From positions 116,374,001 to 116,438,000 of the forward strand of contig JBITNC010000001.1 in NCBI GenBank assembly GCA_050084985.1: 64,000 bases of DNA. Direction: 5' to 3'. The notes beneath the pieces were generated by a model. That model had not been told where the DNA came from. It made no database searches and saw nothing but the letters and a program-made list of their open reading frames with translations. Source of the stretch: Nageia nagi (Eukaryota > Plantae > Pinophyta). This document shows, piece after piece, positions 25,501 to 39,075 of the stretch. Every line of letters begins with the position of its first letter. The first letter of the stretch is position 1. The position numbers and the translations under genes are program-made.

Positions 25501-26166
25501 TTTTGGTGAACCTGATTAATCCTACAAACCCTAAAATTTTTATTTTAGGGCATCATTTTTTCTGGGGAGTCTTGCATTAGAAACCTTAGGTTTTGTTTTC
25601 TTTTTGGATGAATTAATTTTTTCTAAAATTTAGAAAATTTTATTACTTAATTTTTTTTTTGAAAAACACCATTATAGAAAAACTCAATTTTCGAAGGTCA
25701 TTTTTTTCAATTTTGTGAGTTCTAGCATTAGAAATTTTTGTCCAAACCATAGATAAATATAATTGGAATTTTTTTTCTAATTTTTCTAGGTCTGGATTTG
25801 TATATTTTGGTTGATTTTGAGAAATTATTTTTAGAAAACGTCACATTGAAAAATCATAAATTTTAAAATATTTTGCATCTACTTGGTGACTTGTTTCATG
25901 ATAAAAACTTGCCAAAATTATAGGTCATCATAGTAGGCAAATTTTTGAGATTAATTTGGATTTATTGCATGCATTTTTATCAATATTTTTAGAGATTTTC
26001 AAATAAAACATTTTTGCATAAAAAATTGAATTTTGTAGGTTATTTTTTTGAATTTTGAAATTTCTAGCATCATAAAACTTGTTCCACATGATAGATATAC
26101 ATGCTAGCAATTTATTTTCAATTTTGCATGGTGTAAAAATTTTTATTTTGTCATATTTCTAAAGTT

Positions 26167-26691
26167 TTGTGCAAAGCTCTAGATTTTTCATTTTACGAAT
26201 ATTTGAATATGATAAGTGATTTATTTGCATCTTCTACTAAACAAGAAATGCCTAAGGATAATGATGTTGTGCAAAATAACATTAGAAACAAATCTTATGA
26301 TAAAGTGAGTTTATCAAATTCATGCTTAACTACTGCAAATGATGATAATATATAAAATGATATGTCAATCATAGAAAATCAAGTGCATGATAATGATAGT
26401 AATGATTTTGATGATAATTATATGGATGAAATTGATTATGATGCATATTTAAACCTTGAAGCTATAGACAAGTTTGATATGTATGATATTGCATTTGAAA
26501 ATTTGACATCTCAAGATACACTCGAAAAAATTAAAGAGCATATGTTAGCGAATCCTTCTTTGATGTTAGGCATTTATACCAATATTGATTTAAAGAAAAA
26601 ATATCATGCATTTCTAAGAAAAAAACTAGATACATTATTAGAAGATCCACATGGAAGAAAATATTGTATGCAAAATTTTGAGAAAGAGTAA
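26167..26691 (+). pseudogene. Unknown ORF remnant in the gag position of the nested element
   Basis: In-frame ORFs 26167-26355 and 26362-26691 are separated by one stop. Protein-like acidic then helical composition; no motif recognised. Confidence 0.45.
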
Positions 26692-29287
26692 AATACAAAA
26701 AGTAACAATATAGTTCTAAATCTCAACCTAAATTGCAACTTAAACCTCAAATTCAACATCAACCTCAATAATTAAAGCAAAAATAATGTTTCCAAAAAGT
26801 AATATCCTAGGAAATATTGAAACCATAGGATACCCATGCTGTAGAAAAACCCAAATAGGGCACCCATGTCATAAAATTTTATTTCCCATCAAAAGTAGAA
26901 AATAAAAAATTTGATAAGAAAAGCATAAGAAAATTTTTAGTTCAGTTAGATCTAGTTGACATTCAGTTATAAGAATTCAAAAAGCAAAAAGATTGGTCCC
27001 CCAAAGAATATCAAATCAAAATGGAAATTCTTGATTGCTTTATATATGATATCAAAAGGTTTTCAGGTGACAAGATTGATATAGTTAATATAATTGATAA
27101 ATTAATAATTTATGCTCACAATGATAAAACATTAGAGAGAGTCAAAAGAGATTGCATTAATAGTGGTGGTTCCACCACCCATTAGTTCATTATAGTTTTT
27201 GATTATGCATTTCATATAGGTTACATATCATAAGTCAATACCTTATATGCATTTGGTTACCATGGTAAATTTTATCAAGTTTTTAATCATGCTATCTTCA
27301 TATCTTCATCTTTTCTATCATTTTCTATTGCTTCTTATTTCCATTCTACATCATTACATCCTTATCATTTCATCAAGTCTTCTTCTTTCATTAAACATTT
27401 TTCTTATCTCTATCTCTCATCAAGATTCTCAAATTTACCATGCTAATCAAACGTCTCATGTAAAAGGTAGTCTTGTGTCTAGTCACTACATCCCATCTTA
27501 GTTGCATTTAAAAAAATAGAAATAAATAAGAGAAATAAGGAAAAAGTGGATATAGTATCAGCTAGAGGTAGTATCAATTTTAGCTGGGGGCAATAAAATT
27601 TTTAGCTCAAAGAAATTTCAGTTTTAGTTGGTGGCATGATAGAAATCAAATATCAAAAATTAGATTGTAAAAATTTAAAATTCATAATCATAAAGGGCAA
27701 AATTTCTCATTCATGGGGCATGCAAGTAAGTATAGGTAAAGTATATCATCTCAAATATTTTGATATTTGTCTCAAGTTATGATATGATCATTTTTATCAT
27801 ATAGAAGACTATTTTAGATAATTATTTGAAAATTAGAGTACCTATGACATGTAAAAATAATCTTCAAGGTATTAGTGCCATAAATTCATTATGATATTCA
27901 TTGCAAAATTTATTATAATTGATGAATTAAGACCACTATTACTTTTTTGAATATTTGGCATGAAAAGTGAACATTACATATGCTATTCTTATGATTGCTA
28001 TTTCAAACAAAATGTATATTTTACTAATGAAATATGAAAATTAAAGGCCATTGTATCTATAAAAATATGGTATAATATAACAACATTGCATTATATAGAC
28101 ACATGTTTTTGGAATATTGAATATCTACATTATAGTTCTCAATGCCAATTGAATATGCTCATTTTTTGGACATTCAATTTTTTTAGTTCAACTCTATTAA
28201 CAATGTGGTTAATGTAAAATTATAGATTATTTCAAATATAATAATGCTATCAAGGTTTTAATAGTTCAAAATGGATAATACTATGCTTATATGGATTATA
28301 CGAAGACCAAAGGAATATAGGGTCAACATGTATCACATTAATCCTTATATGGAAACTTTTGTGTTATGCAAAAATATTCTTTCATGATTTGTATGATGCA
28401 AAATATTATTACTTGCTATTAATTGAGTTTGATTCAAGTTTGCAAATTTGATATTACTATGTTCATACTATTATCAATGTTTATCTCTTATAAATTCATT
28501 ACAAATTAGGCATGCTATAAATATTTGAATATCTATTTGAAAATGCCATTATTTCACAAATATCCACTATAATGGAAATAGTGAACAAAATTGTACAAGA
28601 TATGGTTATGAAATTCTATAAAAATAATGCTGTTAACAGTGTATATTTACTTTTAAAATCAATAAAGTTAATAAATTCAATGAGATCAATTGTGCAAAAT
28701 TGATAAGTAAGGCCAATGTATATTTGAATATTGGGTACTTTTTTATGGAAGTTAAATGGAATTATCTTAATGATGGATACAAATTAAATGTTATGCTAAC
28801 AAATAATTTTAAGTCCATGGTCATTTTATGAGCAAATGTTTTCATAAATTACAGGTTATTCCAAGCTTGGGGCATCAAAGGACTTCATCAGCTTGATGAT
28901 CATGGTTTAATAGAACTATGTGTCTCAATTACCATAGTAGCATAATGGATATTATATTTATTTCATCCTTGTTATTTAAATTGATTATTATTTCATGGGA
29001 TATGATATATGTAGGTATTATGTTGGATTATTCTCAAAAAGGTATTATCTCAGAGAGTAGGACCCAAATAGAGGTAATCTCCTCATATAGGGATTCTAAT
29101 TTTTGGTTTGATTACCCAAAAAAGATAGATCAAGAGGAAATACAATATTTAAAGGGGGCAAAAGATATATCATACTTGACATAGCAATCAAAAAAGGGAA
29201 GTCCACTTTATTGTTGAAAATTTTCTTCTCTTCTCTAAACTTCTTTGGATTATGCAATTTCAATGCTTTTTATTTCACATCCAAAAA

Positions 29288-30020
29288 TGTAGATGCAAAA
29301 AAATAATTTATTATTTATTTAATAAATTATATTTATACTTCCTAAATGAATTATTACAATATTACAAATATCAAAATAAAGTTGATATTACAATGTGCTA
29401 GGGCCAATGCAATGCCATATGCTATGGTTCATATTTCAATTTATCTTGAATGCAACAAAGTTTATATTATTGCTAGAGGTTAGCCTTCACTCCTCTCTAT
29501 ATCTTTGTAGGCTATATATTCAAGTGGAATAGGTTGACCTCCATAGATTAAAACTCTTTTATATGATAATATCTATGATAGGTGGTTGTCTCTTGTAATA
29601 TTCATCAAGAAACGATATCTTTATATGCCACTATTATGAGAAATTATTATACTCTAAGCTCTAAAACTTTCTATCTTTTGCGTACTCCATAATTCATTAT
29701 ATTCAACATTATTAATGATGTGCTTCTCTAAGGTTGTTAATGAAATGCATATTGAGGATTGAGGGTTTTAGATATTGGTGGGAAAGGCTATTGATCCATG
29801 CATATAAAGATCCATTACAAACTTACATCTGATCCAATCCCAATCCCTTGAAGATCCATTGATATTTTCTTTTGAGCATTACACATACACTTTATATCAG
29901 CTGTATCCTTTTTATGTATATTTATCATATCTGACATAGTTTACATATCTAGCTCTTCTTATATTGTATATCATATTATTTATTATGTATATTCATATTT
30001 TACATAATTTAGAGTATACA
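29288..30020 (+). repeat. 3' LTR of the nested element (~733 bp)
   Basis: Direct repeat of 24774-25500. Confidence 0.92.
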
Positions 30021-32633
30021 AATATGCTCATGCTACTATTTTCTTCCATATCAATATCAAATGGTGAATTGGTTTGGATCCTCATTGTGATGACTTGGGA
30101 CATCTTCATAACATATTGGTATCTCCTTCATTGGGTAGAGAGATGCTTCATGTGTACCTTGGGGAACCCTCTTATGTGTCATCTAAAATTGCTCGATGCC
30201 CTCTTTATTTCTACTTCCATTTAGGAAATGAATTCTCCTAAATACATTCTATTGCTTACCATGTTTAACTATAATTATTTGGTGTTACAAAAAGTGTCCA
30301 TCACTATTTGTAAATCTAGATAGCATTCCCTCAAAATGTTTTGCTTCTTCTAGCAGCATAAGAGCTTGGTTTAGTTGAGTCATTCCCTCTTATTCATGTA
30401 GCTAAGTGATCATTAAATGTCTTCCCACTTAATGGGATCCATGTCACTCCACTTGATTAAAATAAATAATTCTTCTCCCTTCCTATTTGAATGGAAAGAT
30501 GAGATGGCAAAAAGGCATCTCTTTTGCTTAGGTATGGTCAGAAGTCTCCTATGATTTTGATACTTCCCTTATCTTGTATTCCCATGATACCATCTCTATT
30601 AAACCAACTTATCTTGTGATGTCTAAAAATATTTTGAAATCTACTACCTTCTTGTAGTTTTGAGATCTATTTTCATATCTCTTTAATTGCTCATCAAGTT
30701 TCTTTACCTTATCATTGATAATCATTCATATCATAGGTGGCTCTTTCCTTATACCTCAAATCACATGGGTGCATAAATCTAGTATATTTTCCAATTTTTG
30801 ATTTGCTTCCTTACTCCAACTGACAATGGTGTTAAGGAAGGATTACTCTTACTTAGCTCTTGCTTGTAAAAAAAATCTATGGTGACCATAAAATATTTTA
30901 ATCTTTTTCCAAACAACAACTATTTATGCCTTATTACTCCTAAAAATCAAAATAATTTTTTTAATCTTTTCTCCTTATTTTTCCTACTCAAAAATAATAA
31001 AATGGTGAAATGTTCAAATTACTTAAATTACTTAAACCTAAAATTTTGGTTCCATAATTATGGAATGAGATAAGAAAATTTTGAACCTATGGGTTATGGG
31101 CCTAAAGAACAAACTTTGAATTTGGATGTGTTTCCTTGAAGCTTAATGTCCACACATGTAAGCTGAATGATGCAAAGCAAATTCTAAATTTTAAAATTTT
31201 GCTAACACTCCTCAAAGAATAAATTTTTGCAAGCTAACAACAAATAAAGCTTCCTACGCTCCCAACATATCAGTTCTAACCTCAAATTCTAATCACAGTA
31301 GTAAATAACTCTAATGCCTCCTTCTTAGGCCTTCATGGTGTAGATACCACTATGAAATTTAGTCAATAATAGAAAATTTACCTTCTTGTTTACCAATGCC
31401 ATTATTCTAGTGAATTATAGCTTCAAGTTTATTAGAAAATTGTATCTAGTATGCCCATGAAACCCTATATATTTATCAAAACTTATTTTCCATGATAAAA
31501 ATATTACTAGTAATTACACCCATCCAATTATTCTCAAAAAATTAACATACCACTTTAGGTATCCTAAAAATGCAACAAAAGTTTCAAAAAACCTCCTAAT
31601 AACTCAATTTTTGACTGAGGGGACTCTCAAAATATTGAAATATCCACTAAAATAGCTATAGTATGCCAACATTTGACTTTAAATGGTCTTAAAAAGCAAA
31701 ATGGATGTCAAAATTCCTCTAATGTACCAATGTCTACCAAAAAATTACCTTGAAACATAGTATAAGTCTCAAAATGCTCCTAGTTCGAGCGAGCTTAAAA
31801 TGCATAACTATGCTAAAAAATGCTCTTATTAGTCCAACGTCCAACCTATAGTACTCGAGAAATACAACATCTAGCCTCAAATTATCCTAGAATGCAACTT
31901 TAGGTATAAAAACCCTCTCAGAATACCAACATTTGACTCTTGATGATCATGAAATGTAGCTTTTGGTATAAAAATACCCTCAAAATACCAAAATCCTCCT
32001 ATAAGGACCCTCAAAATGTTGAATGAGCTACAAAATAGCTCCTAGAACACCAATTTCTAACCCCAAATGCACTCAATCTCTCCAAACATACCTTATTCCT
32101 CCCTCAAACTCAAAAGTAAATCGAGAATGAACTTCAACTTGAAATAAAAGATGCAATTTTTTTTAAAAATATACCTTTTCAAGCTGTATGAATGTCATCA
32201 AAGCCTCAAAATTTGGAAATAGGACCAAGAGATACCCAACAACTTGCTAGAAGGATGAGATAGGGCTCTAATATCCCCAACTACTTGCTCCAAGCATCCA
32301 TATCCTCCAAAAATCCTTCAAAATGATCACTGTGATTCTAGGTCAACTCCACTCCTCAGCAAGACAATAAGAACTCTTTACAAATAGTAGTGTGATTTGA
32401 AAAAATATCACAATGAGTCTTCTATAGATCCTGCAACTCCTCTAGTAGTAATTCCTTAACTCTTATTGAACAACAAGGGCAAGACCTTCACTTTACTAAA
32501 CATTTCTTCTATGTGATACCATTATGATGTAGGTATCCTATTCTTTAATCTTTATTAAGATTCAATTCAAAACCCTTTATGAATTATGCCCTTGATTCCT
32601 AACAATATGATAGAATAAAGGCTCTGATACCAC

Positions 32634-33926
32634 TATGATGAGCCATTTCTAGGCTCACTCCTCAAATGTTCCCTAGGAGAGGGAAATTTGGTTTCTAGCT
32701 TCCAAACTACTCCAAACAAGCTTAAAAATCCACCAATATTCCAATGACTTGTAAGAGATTATATTGTTAGCAATAATAATTTAAAAATACTTACAATAAC
32801 CCAACATCTAGTTATTCTCAATAATGACACCAAATGAACATATAATCTCTTTAGTATTCCAACAACTTAGTTAGGGAGCAAAATTATAAATTAACAATAC
32901 AAATACCTTCACAAATCAAACATTTGTATTGGAATGCAAAAGATAAGTTTGAACATGCAAAATATCCCTAGTAATTTAATGTTGCAAATAGGAAGCAATA
33001 GCATGAATTCAACAATGCAAACTACACTTCAAATCTAACATCCAAGCATAGAGAGATAGATAGTAAGATTTCAATAATAAAAAGTAATTGTATTGATAAG
33101 TAATAATAAAAGTGTAATTATAATATTTTTATTAACCTATGGAGTTTATACTAGGATTGTATCCTATAGGGTTATTTTGGATGGCTCCAATGCCTCACTA
33201 ATCCCAAAATCAATGACGTAAGACCAAGTTTCCTCTGTATAAACTATGATGGAATGAACAATGTTCCTATCAAGATGGCTAGAGTAAGTTCGAAGGTAAC
33301 CTCCTCTCCTTTTAATACCTCAAATGCATGTCACCCCATAAGTGGCTAAGAGAGAGTCTCCACTCACTCCAAAATAAAAGGTTTATAATATTCAACATAT
33401 CTCATAATGACTATACGTTCTCCTTTTATAGGTAAAGGCAATCATCTTCTAATCTTGAATTGAGATGATCCAATGGTGGAGAGATGTGATTTGTGTGCTC
33501 ATGTATGCAACATCTAATACAGGTAGCTTTGGGATATTAAAGCCCTATCTCATCCTTCTAACAATATGTAATTTGTGTGCTCATGTATGCAATGTACTAA
33601 TGAATAAAGATACATTTAATACCAATATTACAATCATCAAGGCTAAAATATGCAATGTCTCATTCAATGAGACTATTATTGCATTTATAATTATAGTTTC
33701 CTTGCTATCACAAATACATAATTAATTGGAATTTTGGAAAATAAATAAAAATAAATAAATAAATAAAAGGGCCATTTATTCCATAATTAGAGCTTTATTA
33801 AGTATTTAAGTAGAATTTACATCATTTTAGCTAAATTATATAAATATTGATAAAAATACTCCTAAATTAATGTTCCCATTTATCAGAGGTAAGATGGGAA
33901 AAATACCTAGAAATGGGTATATTACA
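32634..33926 (-). repeat. 5' LTR (~1293 bp)
   Basis: TATGATGAGCCATTT...ATTACA, adjacent to the tRNA-iMet PBS. Confidence 0.92.
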
Positions 33927-35499
33927 TAAAATTATTATAAAAAGAGTCTTTATGGATACATTTAGGGAGAAGAGTTCCAAAAAGTAAAAATTTGTGGAGA
34001 TATTGCAAAATTCTAATTATTTATATATTTCACTCACATAGTGAGAGAGATTAGGTATTAAAAAGCATTATTAGAAGCCTCCATTATCATTGAAAAAGGA
34101 TTGATAATTTCTTACTCTGATAGATTAAAGATCATTATGTAACACTCCTTCATCTATAATTAAAAAAAGATATCACTTGCTAGACTAGCCCCACATTGGG
34201 GTGAACCAAGGTAAACTTGTGTATCTTTTTTAATGGATATTACTCTTTGGTTTTTGCATATGTTTTTAGTTATTTTGCAAATTTATTTTTAGGATTTAAA
34301 ATTAACAAGCACTTAATAATTATTTAAGTGTGAAATGATCTGATTAAGGAATATTAGGATGTTTAATCTCTTAATTATAGATCATCTCTTCTTTTGGAAA
34401 CCATATTTACAATAATAATACTAATCATGGTGTTTTTTGCGTCCTATGTTATTTTGAAACTTGAATGTTATAATAGTCTTTGTTTTATTTTTTATTGATA
34501 TATTTTTAGACTAATTTAGAAATCCATTTTGACCATTTTAGTGTTTCATCCAAATTGGATAGCCAAATTTCTCCAATTTTCATATAACCAAATTTTCCTT
34601 ATGAAAAACCATGCTAATGGGTTAAGTGATTTAATAATCATTTGGGATTTATGCTTTAGTGTTTTGTTGTAAACTTAGTTAAATTCTCTTTAAATAAGTT
34701 AAAAAACATGCATAGGAGTAGGATTGTCTTGACAAGTTAGGTTAAGATAATCTAAAGTTCTCCAAATTGGTATGAATGGACCTTGAAACTACTAAGTCTC
34801 TATGATATGAATATGATATGAAATGTGAAGTTAGGTATAATAAAGTATCATGAAATTTATATGTTCAAGAGAAGATGTTAAAGAACATAACCAATGATCT
34901 ATGAGAAGTTAATTAATGAGTGAGGTTAATTAACAGGGTGGTAAGATAGCCCATAAGAGTTCTAGACTCAATTATGGTTGACATGAAAGTGTTAGCTATA
35001 ATAACATATTTATAGTAAATTTTTCCCAATATACTTTCAAGATGTTTTTAATGGATTTGATATAGTATCAAGTGTATTCATTTAATATAGTAAAAAATAA
35101 ATTTATGCTTGATGGATAAGTTGGGTGTTAAAGTGGGCTTCAATATTAAGTGTTTGAGATTGGGATATTATAATTAGTATAAGAGTCTAGGCATTTTTTT
35201 TGTGAAATTTATTTTATTATGAAAATGAAAATAAAAAATAAATCCCAACCATCAAACTTGTATTTTATGTCTAGTAATATACCTCCCCAAAGACATGACC
35301 CAAAAAATCTTAATAGTGTTAGGCAAACCCATATGGAACGTGGTGAGGCTAGCTAATTAAGAGAAATCCTAGAAACATTTATGTAGAAATTAACCCATAC
35401 TTAGAAAATATCATTAGGAAACTTCAATATAAATCAACCAAGTAAGAGGAAATAATTCAAAAATAATAAGTTGAATTAGAAGTACTAAGGAAAGAAGTG

Positions 35500-38400
35500 T
35501 AAAGGTTACCTGATCAATCTATTATTCAACTTGTTTTCCAACCTATTCAACCTAAGGTAGGAGTGAATGATATTAGTAAGCACATGAAGAATATACTTTC
35601 CATAGAATTAGATGGTGATGAAGATTGTGAGGTAGTCAAAGATTGGCTGAGAGAGCTCTACACTTATTTTTACACTTGAAATTACATTATTACTAGAAAA
35701 CTATGTGAGCCATATTGTTACTTAGGTGTGCAATACTTTAGTGGTGGTAAGTTTTGTTAGAAAAAAAAGGGTAAAGGCCATAGATGTACCCTAGGATGAC
35801 TTTGAGAAAGCCTATAAAAAGAAATGTGTGTGAAAAATTCAATATGGATAAGTTTGGTGAATTTGATAAGTTGAGATAGAGAGGTAGAACCATGAAATAA
35901 TATATTAATATTTTATTTAGTTTCTAAAATATAATATATAAATAGTCAATAGTTCAAAGAATAAGGTTTATAGGTTTGTAGGAGGTATTGATCATGAAAT
36001 CAGAACTACGATAAATATGTTGGATCTAAAAATATTATAAAAGGCATATGAACTATATAAATAAGTAGAGGAGAACATAAAATTAAAAAAGAATCTCATA
36101 TCCAATAATTAGGGAAACAAAAATAAAAATGATTTAAAGAAGAGAAAGAACCCACCAAATAATAATAGTAATGAAAATCAAGCCAAGAAATAAAAAGGAT
36201 TTTCATAAGAAAATTAGAAGCAGAATAAGCCACAATGTGGGAACCAAACTAAAGTAAATAACCTTGGATAATAACCTCAAAAACAACAAACTCAACCACA
36301 TAGAAATATTCAACTTGAACAAAAATAGGAAAAGGCTACAAAAAATTGGTTGTTATATCTATGATAAATTTCACTTTGCTAGTAAGTGTACATGATGAGC
36401 AAACAACAATCAAATAGGGGAAGAAAATCATAGGATTTATGTTATAACCAATTAGAGGTCCTTAGATACAAAGGTGAAACCAATCATGATTCTAGGTAAT
36501 ATTTTTGGTATAAATGTAAATGTTCTTGGTCATAGTGGTGCCACAAATTGCTTTATTTCTACACATATAATAAATAGTTGGTTAGAAGTACCAAGGATAT
36601 TAGATAAATGCTAAAAGGTTGAGAATGGATTAGGTAAATCCCATATTGTAGGATAGTATTATCTAAGTGTTAGTATAACCTTACCTTTTGGAATGACTTT
36701 AGTGGCAACACCTCTTTGATTATTTGAAATCATATTAGGGATGGATTGGTTAAACAATCATGATGTTGTAATCAATTTTTGAAGAAGAGAAATAGAATAT
36801 ACTAATGAATTAGAAATTAAGAAAACATTAAAGTGTCAAAATATTTTGAAACTCATATCCTATGAGCATTACAACTCTCCAAGTCTATAAGAAAGAGAAA
36901 TTTGTTGTATGTGGTGAAAATCAAATATATAGATGAAGTGGAAGTTGAGAAATAAATGATTAGGAAGTATCCAATTCTCAAGAATACAATGATATATTTC
37001 CTAATGAACTTCTAGGTTTACCTCCTAAAAGAGAATTTTATTTGTCTATTGACTCGTAGTTAAAACATCCTAGATAATGTCAACTATAGAAATGAAAGAG
37101 TTGAAGGTACAATTATAGGAATTGTTAGATAATGGACTTATTAAAATAAGTACATCTCCTTGGGGTACACCAATGTTGTTTATTAAAACAAATATGGGTC
37201 ACTTAGGTTGTGTATAGATTACCGAATGTTAAATAAAGTGACCATGAAAAATAGGTATCTAGTACTACCAAGAATTGATGAGTTATTTTTTCAATTAAAA
37301 GGTGCTTATGTGTGTTTCAAAAATTGTATTTAAATCATGGTATCATCAACTTAGGATAAAAGAGTCTAAATATTAGAAAATGATTTTCAAGACTAGGTAT
37401 GGACATTATGAGTTTAATGTTCTACATTTTGGATTGACAAATGCACCTACTGTATTTATGCACTTAATAAATAATGTATTTAGGAGGTGCCTTGATAAGT
37501 TTTTATCAATATTCCTTGATTATATTTTGATTTACTCCAAGTACCTAGAAGAACATGATAAACATATAAGGATTATGTTGTAAGTGTTAAGAGAAAACCA
37601 ATTGTATGCCAATATGTCTAAATATGAATTTAATGTGCATGAAGTTTATTATTTAGGACACATTATATCTGGAAGGGGAATATTAGTTGATCACAAGAAA
37701 ATTGAAGCCATAGTGAGCTAGTTGTTTCCAAAGAATATCAATGAAATTAGGAGCTTTATGGGATTAGCAGGGTATCATAGGCAATTTGTATAATACTTTT
37801 CAAAAATTGCTTATCCTATCAAACAACTATAGAGAAAAGGAGAATAAATTTAAGTGGATTAAGAAATATGACAAGGTCTTTGAAACCCTCAAATATTAAT
37901 TAACCATTGCTCCAATCATCAAAATTTCATATCCTTATAGAAGTTTTGTAGTTTGTATTGATGCTTCAAAATAAGGTTTAAGAGGAGTCTTAATGCAAGA
38001 TGATACAATTATTGCTTACAAGTTAAGAAAATTAAAGGATCATGAAAGAAGGTGTATGATTCATGATTTATAAATCCTAGTTGTTGTGCATGCATCCCTT
38101 AAAATATGGATACATTACCTAATAGGAAATCCTTTTGAGCTTATAACAAATCATAAAAGTCTTTGATACATTTTCACTCAGCTAGATTTGAATGCTTGAT
38201 GGGGAAGGTGGATGGAACTTTTGGTCAAGTATGAATTTGGTATAGAATATATCAAGGGAAAAAAAAATAAAGTGGTATATGCTCTAAGTCAAAGGAGATA
38301 CATTGCAACACTAACCATTTATCACATCAACCTAATAGATAGAGTTTATTAGTTATAAATTAAGAATTACCATTATGAAAGAATTTCTAGGGAATTTATA

Positions 38401-39075
38401 AAAAATCTTAACAAAGTCAAAAAAATTTAACATAAAAGAAGATGGAATTCTTTACTATAAGGATTGTATGGTGATTCCTAAAAATGGAAATTTGAGAAAT
38501 GTGATTATCTAGGAAGCATATAATACAACTTATTTTGCATATCCTAGAGGAATTAAAATGAGAAAAAATATTAATTAGAAGCAATTTTATTAGTTTGGAA
38601 TGAAAGATGCATTGTCAATTATGTAGCCAAATGCCTAGAATGCCAAAAGATGAAAGTAGAACATAGGCATCATACAAGAAAGCTTTATCCTCATGTAATT
38701 CCTACCCAAAAATGGTAGAAAATATTTATGGACTTCATTATGGGATTACCCAAAATATATGTAGATATGATACTATCCTTGTAGTTGTTGATAAATTGAA
38801 TAAGGTAGCACATTTCATCCCTAGGAACATAACTAATGATGCACCTATGGTTGCTCATAAATTTACAACAAAATTCATTTGATTATATGGGTTCCCAAAA
38901 TAGATCATCTTGAATAGGAATTCTAGGTTCACTTCATAGTTTTGGAGGAGTCTACATCAAGTTATAGGAACCAAGTTAAAAATTAACTTTACCTATCATC
39001 CTAAAATAGATGGTTAGATAGAACATGTTAATCAAATCCTAAAAGACATTTTAAGAATGTATTACATAGATCATC
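35500..39075 (+). pseudogene. Tekay/Del-like Gypsy gag-pol, decayed, truncated in integrase
   Basis: PR: VLGHSGATNCFIS (~36521) and IILGMDWL (~36730). RT: [12 protein letters not shown] (~37208), FKTRYGHYEF...FGLTNAP and FLDYILIYS. RH: VVCIDAS (~37948). INT: MDFIMGLP and HPKIDG*IEHVNQILKDILRMY, ending ~39070. Confidence 0.92.

Larger units (their letters stand above)
24774..30020 (+). mobile_element. Nested LTR element with no recognisable pol (LARD-like)
   Basis: LTRs 24774-25500 and 29288-30020 (TGTAGATGC...TACA). TSD GATAT/AATAT (4/5). PBS TGGTGAACCTGA at 25504-25515 resembles the complement of the plant tRNA-Trp 3' end (TGGTGAACCCGA). Confidence 0.88.
22628..33926 (-). mobile_element. 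Chromovirus-derived LTR element, internally deleted or non-autonomous
   Basis: Two LTRs with a perfect 5-bp TSD TAAAA (22623-22627 and 33927-33931). PBS TGGTATCAGAGC on the minus strand (32621-32632). PPT GGGGAGAGTAGACT on the minus strand (24088-24101). Chromodomain remnant present. Confidence 0.92.
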
